From Octopus sinensis (lineage: Eukaryota), in the NCBI RefSeq assembly GCF_006345805.1, contig NC_043001.1, forward strand, positions 72,416,001 through 72,480,000: DNA of 64,000 nt. Direction: 5' to 3'. Below the pieces are notes generated by a model. The model had not been told where the DNA came from. It saw only the letters and a program-made list of their open reading frames with translations, and did not search any database. Positions 52,633 to 64,000 of this stretch are shown in pieces. Position numbers and translations under genes: made by a program. Numbering within the stretch: the stretch's first letter is position 1; each line of letters begins with the position of its first letter.

Positions 52633-52698
52633 TATATATGTGTGTGTATATGATATATATATATATATATATATATGCATTTGTATCATTTATATATG

Positions 52699-53071
52699 GA
52701 GTGGCTGTGGTGCGTAGCTTGCTTACGAAATACATGGTCCCGGGTTCAGTCTCACTGCGTGGCACCTTGGGCAAGTGTCTTCTACTATAGCCTCGGGCCA
52801 ACCAAAGCCATGTGAGTGGATCTGGTAGACGGAAACTGAAAGGAGCCCGTCGTATATATGTATATGTATGTGAGTGTATATGTTTCTGTGTTTGTCCCTC
52901 CAACATCGCTTGACAACTGATGCTGGTGTGTAAAAGAGGTTCGGTAAAAGAGACCGATAGAATAAGCACTAGGCTTACAAAGAATAAATCCTGGGGTCGA
53001 TGTGCTCGACTAAAGGCGGTGCTCCAGCATGGCCGCAGTCAAATGGCTGAAACAAGTAAAAGAGTAAAAGA
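52699..53071 (+). mobile_element. SINE family B, full length
   Basis: tRNA-like head (TGGCTGTGG...GGTTCAGTC), internal (TA/TG) tract, 3' gaaacaagtaaaagagtaaaaga tail. Confidence 0.88.
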
Positions 53072-54781
53072 ATATATATGTATATCATATAAACACTATA
53101 TATACATATACATGTATATGTGTGTGTATGTGTATATATATGTGTATATATATATATATGTGTGTGTGTATATAATAGATAGATAGATAGATACAGATAG
53201 TTCGTTGATTTACAAAATACCTTTACACTTTACACTTTATATATGTACGTTTTTTGTTCATACATAATCGCGTGATGCATCTGGACACATAAGTAATGCC
53301 TACAGGGAGTATTAGGTGTTTCGAGTCTTTCAACAATCAGGCACTAAACAGGGTTGATCAGGCTCTAGCTTGCATTCAAGTAAAATGGCCACAGATAGCA
53401 TTGCCCTGTCCAGGGCTAACACCAACTGATCCACAGTCACTTTGAGATAAATTCTCATGCCCTCATTGCCAACGAGATGGCTCCTCTGATATTAGGCGTG
53501 TTGTAGACTCTGTAGAGGGACTGTCCAGTGGAAGGATCCAGCCTCTCAAAGGCTGTAGTGTAGAGAGTTATCTTTCAATGTCATCGCAAAACTATACGAG
53601 TACGATAACCAATGATTTTTTTGGGAAGGTATACGCTACATATGCATCGTGCAAGTGCAGGTATAGGGAAATTTCCACCTCCTTATGCTGCTTCATCTTG
53701 AGACTTTGCAGTCATCGAAAGGACTTCCCCAACATCAAATGGAATATCATTGACAGCCCTCAATCCATATTTTAGGTTTATACACCTACAAATCAATTGT
53801 AAAAATATATATCATCCCCAGACCTCTCTGTTCTCATAATCCCACATGATGTATTCCTTTTGCTTTTGTAATGGAACTACGCCGCTGCAGTCGTCATTCG
53901 CAATCGAGTTTGATTTGATAGCATGAACCGCATTCTTGCAAATCGTTTCATGTGATTACGTTGTCGTGAGTGGACACAAACACTCTCTTGGCCCTCTTAC
54001 ATTTCACTCAGTGGAATATTGAAGATGTCGTAGGTAGAGGGAGTGCTGCACCAGCACTCGGAATACATTTACAGATGAGTATATGGCAGTAACTTGAAGT
54101 GCCTTCCTCAAGGACGTAACTAACCAACCTATCACGACTTCACGATCCTGGGTTCGATCCCTGCCTCTGACGACAAGGCCGAACACAATAATCATTACAC
54201 TAACTTCATTTAAAAAAAATATATTCTCACATTGTTTTGGTGTCCGTTTATTATTTTTCTTCTTATTTCTCATTTTTTCTTTTGTATGTTTTCTCCTCAT
54301 GGATGAAATTTTTATTCATTCACTTATTTTAAAGACACATGGCCTAGACGAAAGAGTGTGGTTTCGATTCCTGCACCGGGCGGTGCGTTGTATTCTTGAG
54401 TAAAACACTTCATTCCATATTGCTCCAGTCTTCTCTGCTGTAAATTAGTTCCAGCAACAGCTGAGAAGTTTACCCTGCGTCAGACTGGCATACCTTTCAG
54501 AGGGTAGTATTTTCAGTAATTCCTCGCCATATCGCGGTTTATTACTTAAGATTACGTCGATTCCTCCGTGCTGTTGTTTTGCATTTATAATAAAAGAAAT
54601 ATACGCAACTGTTTCCACTTCGCAGTTTTTCACTTACCGCGGGGTTTTTTGGAACGTAACACCCGCGACAGTCGAGGGATTACTGTACATCTCAGTCGCT
54701 TATACCTCATGAAAAGTGGGTTAAGCTCCGGCATTGCGAGTCCTAATGGTCATCACAAACGAAGTACGTATTTTATTTACA

Positions 54782-55171
54782 TCTTTTACTTGTTTCAGTC
54801 ATTAGACTGCAGACATGATGGGGCACCGCCATAAATAATTTTTAGTCGAATGAATCGACCCCAGTACTTAATATGGTTAAACCTGTTACTTATTCTATCG
54901 TCTCTTATGCCAAACCGATGACTTACGGGGACGTAAACACACCAACACTCGTTGTCAGGTGGTGGGGGAACAGACACAAAAACACCACACACACATATAT
55001 ATTTACATACAACAGGTTTCTTTCACTTTCCGAGTACCAGAGCCACTCACAAGGCTTTGGTTGGTCCAAGGCTATAAGTAGAAGACATTTGCTCAAGGTT
55101 CCACATACAGTGGGACTGAACCCGGAATTATGTGGTTGACAAGTAAGCTTCTTACCTCACAGCCACGCCTG
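54782..55171 (-). mobile_element. SINE family B
   Basis: Full-length reverse copy. Confidence 0.85.
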
Positions 55172-55490
55172 TATACATTTTTTTATATATCATATTAACT
55201 TTTTATGCATTTCCTCATTTCCTTATTTGTTTTCAAAATTACACTTTTATTTAATTGTTGCATATTGGTTTTTTTAAAATATGGTTATTCGTATTTTAAT
55301 TTTTAAGAATTTATAATTAAGTATTTACAATTTATAATTAAGCTTTTGCGCATTCAATATGCATTTCTGATGTTTATAAAAATGTTATTACTGTTTATAA
55401 TGAAAACCTTGAAAGTTTCGCCATTACTAACAGTTAATCAAATTTAAATTACCCAATAATCATTTTCTACATTTCTTATTTATTTGTTGA

Positions 55491-55564
<74 letters not shown>

Positions 55565-55733
55565 ATTTTTACAAGAAAAGCAGTGAGAGTAACTTCGAGG
55601 TTTTGGCCAGCAAGTCCAGTGGAGTACCCGAAGTTCCCTTACCAATCTTGAGAAATATTAAATATGTTCTCTACCAAAAGTATTGAGTAATTTTTCGGTT
55701 TAATGAAAAATTGTTTTGATTATAACTCGACAT

Positions 55734-55784
<51 letters not shown>

Positions 55785-55785
<1 letters not shown>

Positions 55786-55950
55786 GGCGAACTGGCAGAA
55801 TCGTTGCGGTGCCGACAAAATTGCGTAACGGTATTCTTCCAACTTTACCCTTTGCCTTTCATCCTTCCAGAGTCGATAAAATTAGTTGCAGTTGAGCACT
55901 GGAGTCGATATCGATTTTCTCACTCCCACAAAATTGCTTGTGCCAAAATT
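55785..55950 (+). mobile_element. Decayed SINE family A
   Basis: ggcgaactggcagaatcg head and gcctttcatcc..gtcgataaa core. Confidence 0.7.
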
Positions 55951-55974
55951 TGAAACATACATACACACACACAT

Positions 55975-57127
55975 CGGTGTGGAGTATTTTGATCCCATTG
56001 GGGAAGAAGCTTTCATCTTGTTAGTTAAAAAAGTGACCAATAGCAGATATGAAGTCATCATCACTGCGGTACTGGTTCCCAGCCAAGTGTCTGTTCATAA
56101 TGGGGAGCAAATGATAGTCAGATGGGGCAAAACCAGGAGAATATGGAGAGTTATCAACCATTTCAAAGCCACAGTCATCCACAGTAGCCATTGAAATCAA
56201 AGACTTGTGTGCTGGAGCATTGTCCTAATGAAACAAGACCTGTTCCGTCAGTTTTCCTAGACGTTTGGTCTTGATATCCTTTCGTAACTGCAACAGCAAG
56301 TTGGCATAGTGCTTTCCATTGATGGTGTGACCCTTTTGAAGATAGTCAATAGACACAATGCTTTTTGCATCCCAAAGTCCTGACGCCATTACCTTCTCTT
56401 CAAATGACAACAATCCTGGCGTTCTTTGGAGCAGGTGAGGAGGGGTGTTTCTACTGCATGGATTGTCACTTTGTTTCTGGCTCAAAATGATGTATCCAAC
56501 CCTCATCCTGGGTTAGGAAACATTTAAGGAAACCAGCTGGATCTACCTCAAACAACGTAAGATTTTCTCGTGGTGTGATCAGCCTGATGCGCTTTTGATC
56601 AGATATCAGAAGACGTGGCACTCACCGAAGAGAAACGTTCGTCATGTTAAGTTCATTGTGAAGAGTATTCTCAACTCTCTTATAGGATAGGCTTATAGCC
56701 TTGGCTATTTGATTTATAGTCAGTCGCCTGTCATCCATCATCTTATGGTGAACATGATCAATGTTTTCTCGATGGTGGCAGTTGCATGACGCCAGAGCTT
56801 AAGTCATCTTCAAGACTCTCCTTTTTCCTCTTAAATTCAGCTGCCCACTTTTGCACTGTTGACAAAGCTGGAGCATCATCCCCTAATGTTGCAACCATAT
56901 CAGTATGAATTCCCTTCGGGGTTAAACCCTTTTCTGCTGGGACTTGATATCACACGATGCCAAATTCTGTCTATTTTCGAGAGAAGTCGCCCTAGTTACA
57001 CCTGAAGTCTTTTTGACAGGTTAGATGTCAGTGTACCTGGGAAGAACCAATGCAGTTATTAACAAGATTTCACAGTTCTTGCATCACTCCTTCATAGTCA
57101 GCCTATAAACTTTTCAGCCCACCCACG
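55975..57127 (-). mobile_element. Decayed mariner (DD34D-type) transposon, 3' end missing
   Basis: TA-CGTGGGTGGGCTGAAAAGT end at 57127. Motifs KVMAS..WDAK..IDYLQKGHTING..Y, DNAPAHKS and YSPGFAPSDY. Confidence 0.85.
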
Positions 57128-59183
57128 TATATATATATATATATATATATATAGATAGATAGATAGATAGACAGACATATGACCGGACTCACCAAGAAGC
57201 AAGAGTAGTACATGTGCTACAGTAGGGCCTGCATTTTAAGCAGCTCGTATGAGATGCCTGCAAGCTATTTCAGTGATTCCGTACATTCTCTACTACCATA
57301 CAACAATATTGATTTGAACTTTTATCAATGACTGAGCGTTTAAGGTTGACCGAATACCCAAAATATATTTTCGAGATCAAATACTCCGTAAATTACACTA
57401 ATTACAATGATTAAATTTAGTGACAACGGTATATGAATTAACTTAATTTTTGTAGGATCGACTGAACGAATCAGATCACTATTAATATATTAGAGATGCT
57501 GTAATTTTAGTTATCTCATTAAACCAAATCTCAATTTTTAAACAGGTAAGTAATAATATAATTTGTACTGTTTCAGCATTACGCTGTTCAGCAAGACTGT
57601 GACAAAGTACGTGCTTAAAATATGGTCAAAGTTTCAACGTTACATCACAAAGATCCAAACATCAAATATGTCGTTGCGTGTATGTGTCTACTACGCTTTG
57701 AACTTGATCTTTAATAATAATTTGAAACCAGTTGACATCTGAGATTTTCCGGAACAACGTTTGTGTGTTTGCTGAGTGTGCTTGCGCGCGCATTAAAATT
57801 CAAATGATTTACTTTGATATTTCTTTCGCTTGAATGATGCTTTCATTTTATTACATTTATCCTAAACTCCGTCTGTCTCTGACTTTTGTAATTTGTAGAA
57901 ATGTTATGAGAAACGTTTTATATTTATTTCGTAGAATTTATGTGAGAAATTCTTTCATCCTTTTCTTTTCTTTTCCTAAATTCATATAGTGTGTTATATA
58001 TTTTACCAGTACTGAAAATCATTTATCCTTTATGCATATCACTTATTTCTTTTTGTAGATGATTTCTTTGTCATGAATGTTATTTTTTCTAAAAAAGAAT
58101 TTCCTTGCTTAAGGTACAGGAATTGAACTCGCAACCTCATGATCGTGAGTCAATCACCTTAATCACGAGGCCACACACCTTCATACATGAAACACACATA
58201 TATCGATTAAAAGAGTGAGTACATTAATAAAATATGATAGTATGCTCTTATAATGGCTGAATTAACAAATTTGTTTCACATCAGTAGTTGAGAAAATTCC
58301 GGAAATCGTCAGCAAAGGTTGAAGGGAATGGTATGGTAAAGGCTCTTTGCCACTGGGGGTTTGTAAGTGTTACTTCCGTTTTGCTGGTCTTACAAATTTT
58401 CTAAACATTCCCCGGATCTTACAATGCTGGGCTATCGTCTTGGAGTGTTTAGTTCAGTTGATGAAATCTACACCACTACATAATTCGAGCCTGTTAATTA
58501 TTCTATTGATCACGCTTTGCCAAACAGCTAGGTTACGGGGACATAAGCAAAGCAGTACCAGTTGTCAAACGGTGTGAGACAAATACAAACACAAAGATGC
58601 ATATATGTGTGCATATATGCACATAAACATATGTCTGTATATATGGATATACACATGTATACATATCTGCATGAATATATATATGCACACACACACACAC
58701 CCACACACAGTTCATAAATGAGATCCAGATATTCTCCTTTTTATATGCATACATATGTACATTTTTTTGTATTTCATATATTTAATATACTTTATATATC
58801 TTGATCAGTCTAAATTGCTTATCCCTACATTTTTATATATATATATATGGAAGTAACGAGAAGTAATCTGTATATCTTACTTAACGTGGACATATTAAAA
58901 GAAAGCCATACTACAGCAATATTAGTCTTGATGATATTTTAGCACAATTGATGTATAATTCTAAAAGAAAACACACACACAGAAATAACAGGAGGCGACG
59001 AAAATGTATACCAGCGACGATGGAATCGGTAGATCACATGATTTCTGTGCATTTGTACGTCATTAGTTACTAGTATCCACTATCACCACATACTTAGATA
59101 AATTTTCCCTCAACTGATATACAGAAAAGCTATTATTAATCAGTCATTGGTGTCGTAATTAACAGGCAGGCTGGATGACGAAT

Positions 59184-59303
59184 AGTTTTTGCCCTCATAT
59201 TCTGTGCAGTTTCTGCCCTCAAATTCTGCGCAGTTTCTGCCCTCAAATTCTGCGCAGTTTCTGCCATCGAATTCTGCGCACTTTCTGCCCTCAAATTCGC
59301 TCG
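59184..59303. repeat. 24-bp minisatellite, five units, inside a decayed SINE family B copy
   Basis: Unit agtttctgccctcaaattctgcgc starts at 59184, 59208, 59232, 59256 and 59280. Confidence 0.9.
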
Positions 59304-59454
59304 CAAGGCATTAGTTGGCCTGGGATTATAGTAGTGCTTATCCAAAAATGCTGCGCAGAAGGATTGAACTCGAAACCACGTGATTGTGAAGTGAATATCT
59401 TAAATTTCTTTGGCAGAACAGATCACTTCATATGATCGCCGCCCAAGTTCTGAT

Positions 59455-59610
59455 TTAGGCACAAGGCCAGCAATTTCAAAGGGAGATGTTTAGTCGGTTA
59501 CATCGACCCTAGTACTTGACTGATATTTTATTTTGTCGTCACCGATGGGATGACAGACAAAGTTGATGACGGAGGGTTTTGAAGTGAAAACATATAGAAC
59601 CGGAACAAAT
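59455..59610 (-). mobile_element. Decayed SINE family A
   Basis: ggcacaaggccagcaattt...catcgaccctagtact block. Confidence 0.65.
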
Positions 59611-60829
59611 ATCGTTCCACCGAAAAGGTAAAGTCGAAAGGCTATGTCTTCGTAGAAAGTAAAAGAAATTTAACTATGAACCAACTTTGATGACCAGTCA
59701 CCAAAAATTCAGTCAATTTTCTGGTATATTGCTATGAAATGTGATCTTTAAAATTAACGATATTAGGAAAATAATCAAAGACAGTGATTTTGGTTAAATA
59801 TTATTCAAGGTTTTCCCAACTTCTGGATTATTTCAAACCCGTGGAAGACCATAACACTGCACACTGTAACCTTGTTCTTTCCCAGATATGGAGCAACTAC
59901 TTGGATCTAGGTCAGGATAGCATTGCCCTGGATATAAAAAAAATATTTTGAAACGGTCCGGCACAACGGACTCTGTGCCAAGTTGGAACGTAATACACTT
60001 CTTTAGTGGAAGCTCTCCGAATCTCGCACTTCAGCTCGAAACTCTGATCGCTGACCCATTAATACATCAGTCCTAGAAGGACCAATGTTCTTCCTGTTTC
60101 TAGAATCCCAATTAACGATATTATCTTCAAGGAAGATATATGTTGCCTAAATTCCTTAATTCGAAACACCAACAGCAATTTCTCAAATCTCTGAATGACA
60201 ACTCGACGATGAAGTTCCTCGAGTTATAAATAACCTTGTTAGAAATAACCAAATCATCCCACTGTCTTTTTTAAAAGAACTCAATGAATAATGCGTTTCT
60301 GAGTATTTCAATCAAAATCCTGCTCGACCAGGACTGGCCTGGGGCTATACCACAACCACTATAACATCTCTGATACACAGAAACTAAGAATCCAATGGTA
60401 TAGAAAGTTCTAATTAATTACTGTAATTAAGAAACCGCTGATTGCTACAAAAGGAATTACATTAAACTCACAATTTAATTAACGAACAATAGATCTTGTC
60501 ATATCATGTTATATCCTTCTGTTAAATACAAATAATCACAAATTTCAATTAATTTACTGGTTAAATTCAATTATTAATCATTTCATCAGCATGAGATTTA
60601 AGATGGCTTTTAGGAGTATCAGTGTAATTTGCACTAGATAAAGTTTTGCTAAAAATATCGCGAAACGTATTACTGCCATGTGTGTGTGTGTAAATATGAT
60701 AGTGATAAATAGGCATTATTACTTGAGAGAAACATGGACATTTTAATTTTTATTAATATCCATATATTCTATTATTGATACATAAAATCATAAGATCTTC
60801 ATAACATTGTTACATTATACCTGTTTTAG

Positions 60830-61000
60830 ATTTTGGCACAAGGTCAGCAATTTTGAGTGGAGCGGTTAAGTCAATCACATTGACTCCAGTACTCAGCTGA
60901 CACTTATTTTGGCGGAATTTAAACTCAGAACGAAAAGTCGGACGAAATACCGGTAAGCATTTTGTCCGGTGTGCTAACAATTCAGTCTGTTCGACGCCTT
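60830..61000 (-). mobile_element. SINE family A with internal deletion
   Basis: Reverse head and tail present, core partly deleted. Confidence 0.75.
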
Positions 61001-61400
61001 AAATTGTTACATAATATAAAAGTATAAATTATAATATTTCGTTCCATAGTTAAGTTCGTAAATTTCGTAACAAGAATAAGAATATTATGGCTTTTTGGTA
61101 GAGCAGAATCATGGACCGATACACACACAATAAGCTAAAGTAGTTGGTTTTAAAATCTCTGAAAGAGATTCACATAGTAACAGTACTAAACATTAGTGTC
61201 TGTACCACTTATACATCGCTGTTCTGTGCAGAACAAATGTTACTACAATTTAACCCCAGGAAAACATGTTTCCCGCTGGTTAACGACACACAACCTCTGA
61301 CTATTTTATTGCGAGTAAGAGACCTAATCATTCCTGCTCCAGTATGTTTATATATTGCGAGTAGGGACGTTTAGCTGCCATCGCAAGCAGGTAAACGTCC

Positions 61401-61443
61401 AGTACTGAGGACGAGAAAGCATATAGAAACCGGCCGGTCTACT
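61401..61443 (+). ncRNA. Hammerhead-like motif with disrupted stem II inside a multi-branched fold
   Basis: AGUA-CUGAGGA-cgagaaagcauaua-GAAA-CCGGCCGG-UC|UACU. Stem I is 4 bp, stem III is the palindrome ACCGGCCGGU, triplet GUC. Confidence 0.55.
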
Positions 61444-61554
61444 TGTGGGAGTGGTCCGCTCCCTTACTCGCAATAATACAAGATACAGGTTGTGTGACGT
61501 TCGTAACATTCGTTCTGCACAGAACAGTCACGTAAAAGTGGTACAGACATTACG

Positions 61555-61595
<41 letters not shown>

Positions 61596-62664
61596 TGTGT
61601 GTGTGTAATATTTGGTCATCAGTGAGTTCAAATCTCACTAACGTCGATTTTGCTTTTCATTCTTCCACGTTCGATACAATAGAATAACAACGACATACTG
61701 GAGTCGCTATTATCGACTACATCACTCTTCCCAAATTTTGTGGCGCTTGATTATTTTTAGAAATGAAAGCATTTGGTTGAATCGTTACAGGTGGTGTGTG
61801 TGTGTGTTTGTGTGTGTGTGGATGCAGCTTCCGTTGGCACACGGGTGTAATATGATTGTTTCGAGGATGAGTGCTTTGAACTGAATGAAATGTTCTTATT
61901 TCACTTCTCGCTGATTTGTTCGTACGTAAGACGTGGTGCAATGAAGTTGTATTAGTTAAGAAATATCCACATAAAGAGAGAGATAATATATAAAACATTA
62001 AAAAGATATATCTACGGTTATTACAAGTTGTGAGAGTCCAACACGTTATAACGATGCTATAAGTCCAGGTGGAAAAGCTTGCATATGTATACATAATAAA
62101 GTAAAACGTTGCTCTCAATAAAAAGACGAAAAAAATAATGAATTTCATAGTTCATAATTTAATTACTTTCATCAGTTGTTTCATTAGGATAATCATCATT
62201 AATTTCATAATTACGAAATTAGTTTAAAATTATAAATCTGAACAAATGTAGGGGGTTTACATAATAATAGTAGGAAACGTATTTGATTTCATATATCTCT
62301 TGACCACGGTCGGATATTTAACAATCTTACATCTTACAGCAAATTTTACTGACTGACGATATTTAACACAATTAGATCTCTCACCCAATCCTAGGAAGAT
62401 AAATCGATAGAAAAAGGATTTTCAACAGACGGAAAAGGTTTCTCAATTGATAGAAAGTTCTTGAATACTTTAACAAGTTTCAAGAACTGAGAGAGAAAGA
62501 GTGAAATCATTCTTATATGTGCCAACAAAATTATTAACTGTTGTTCGGAACGGAGATAAAAAAGAGATCAATGTTGAAATATTTGAGTTAAGAAAATTTT
62601 GCAAGCTGGACAAAAATCGTGTTCAAGTCATCTTGCAAATTTGCCGACATCGAGTAAAAATATT

Positions 62665-62875
62665 GGTTTCAAATTTTGGCACAAGGCCAGCAATTTCGGA
62701 GGATGGGTAAATCAATTACATCGACTCCAGTGCTCAGCTGGTACTTATTATATCAACTCCGGAGGGACGAAAGGTAAAGTCAACCTCAGCGGAATTTGAA
62801 CTCAGAACGTAAAGTCGGACGAAATGCCGCTAAGCATTTTGCCCGGTATGCTAACGATTCTGCCAGTTCGCCGTC
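62665..62875 (-). mobile_element. SINE family A
   Basis: Complete reverse copy. Confidence 0.85.
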
Positions 62876-63704
62876 TTGCGTTGAGTAAAAGTATTGGAAA
62901 GTATTTTCCGTTGATTCTTGTATCTTTCTTGGAGTGGGAGAAAAATATACTTATGTTAATTGTCAACGAGAAAAAATTACTGTTTCAGGTGTATTGACGG
63001 AAATTAGGAATGAGAAAGAATTGAAATCACGGCACTGATTAATAGACATAGTTACATTCTGTTTGGCTGCTCGACAGAAACATCCCATCGCCACAATAAA
63101 AGTACTTGAAGCATTCATTTCTTTCTCATGATTTTGTGAGACTGGTTTCTCTGTTGAACATAATTTAGAACAAGTCTATATAACGGTAGAGGAGGTGCTT
63201 GAGGCAAATATACTTGTTAACCAGCCGATTACAGACAGGAGACATCATGTGATATCAACAGTCACATGTCCCCCACCACTAATATTATAAGTAATGTAAT
63301 GACTTTTCATATTTTATACATTTTGTTTGATGAATTTTCTTCCATGTTCTTTATACTCAGTGTAAATAGAAAACAATATATGGTCGCTACATTGTTTTTC
63401 GTTTTCAATACATAATATGATATAAATGATGAAATTATTTTATAGAGCAGAAAACGTTGATAAAACAATGATTAAAATTTTAGTTATTGTACTTTTAATC
63501 CATCCAGATGTGAGAATGCAATCTTTACATTATACCTGTCGCAACAAAAATATTTGCACTTTTCCTGCTTGCTCAATGTGTTCAAAACTTACACTGCTAT
63601 TATTTTTTAATTTGTACATGATTTTTTATGCACTGTATTCCATTGTGGAAAAGTGCAACGTATGCTTCCATCTCTGTTTTAAGACAATATTAGAAACATA
63701 TGTA

Positions 63705-64000
63705 CGAGGTGGTATCTAAAAGTTCCTGGATTGGTTTTGTAACGCGCCAGCTGATGGCGGTACAGGGTTGCGTGCGCCGTGAGAGCTAGCAGTGAATTTC
63801 GTAAGACAGTGTGCCGAGTGACATCGTTATGTTTACTTCGCAAGTTGTGAAATTTGTGCTTTGTGATCACGTATGCTGTAGTCTGCGATTTTTTGTCATG
63901 GACGAGAAGTTGAAACGAAGAGCCAAAGTAAAATTTTGCGTTAACTTGGGAAGCCTGCTACAGAGAGTTTGAGCATGCTTCGGCAAGCTTACAACGACGA
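63705..64000 (+). mobile_element. 5' end of a mariner transposon, continues past the window
   Basis: TA-CGAGGTGGTATCTAAAAGTTC start. ATG at 63898 gives MDEKLKRRAKVKFCVNL-GK..TE..SMLRQAY with a frameshift. Confidence 0.82.

Noticed and set aside
53300-53760. Possible Tc1-like remnant, with similar wording at ~59860-60340
   Set aside because: Motifs are too decayed to assign without a profile search.
58255-58320. Minus-strand CUGACGA...GAAA-CAAAUUUG-UU with a palindromic stem III
   Set aside because: Neither stem I nor stem II can pair.
59184-59303. CRISPR-like array or 8-aa repeat protein
   Set aside because: The units are contiguous with no unique spacers, there are no cas genes, and the context is a eukaryotic SINE.
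61717-62148. 143-aa hydrophobic ORF resembling a membrane protein
   Set aside because: Phe/Ile/Tyr richness follows from AT content, and the frame ends in a (TG)n repeat and a SINE.

Overview
AT-rich, microsatellite-dense eukaryotic DNA. The repeat content looks like an octopus/cephalopod genome (inference). I can support no host protein-coding gene, and most ORFs in the track are translations of simple repeats. The window is a patchwork of mobile elements: RTE-clade LINEs (one 5'-inverted with a still-open RT frame), R4/Dong-like RLE LINE pieces, a CR1-like remnant, a Ty3/Gypsy LTR-gag fragment, Tc1/mariner and MULE transposons, a head-to-tail Helitron array and two abundant tRNA-derived SINE families. 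The most notable signal is missed by the ORF track: a set of minimal type I hammerhead ribozyme motifs of the Penelope (PLE) type. Each has a different but always palindromic stem III, several lie inside long fold-back inverted repeats, and a decayed Penelope GIY-YIG ORF is also present. All folds and alignments were done by eye, and boundaries not tied to a stated motif are approximate.
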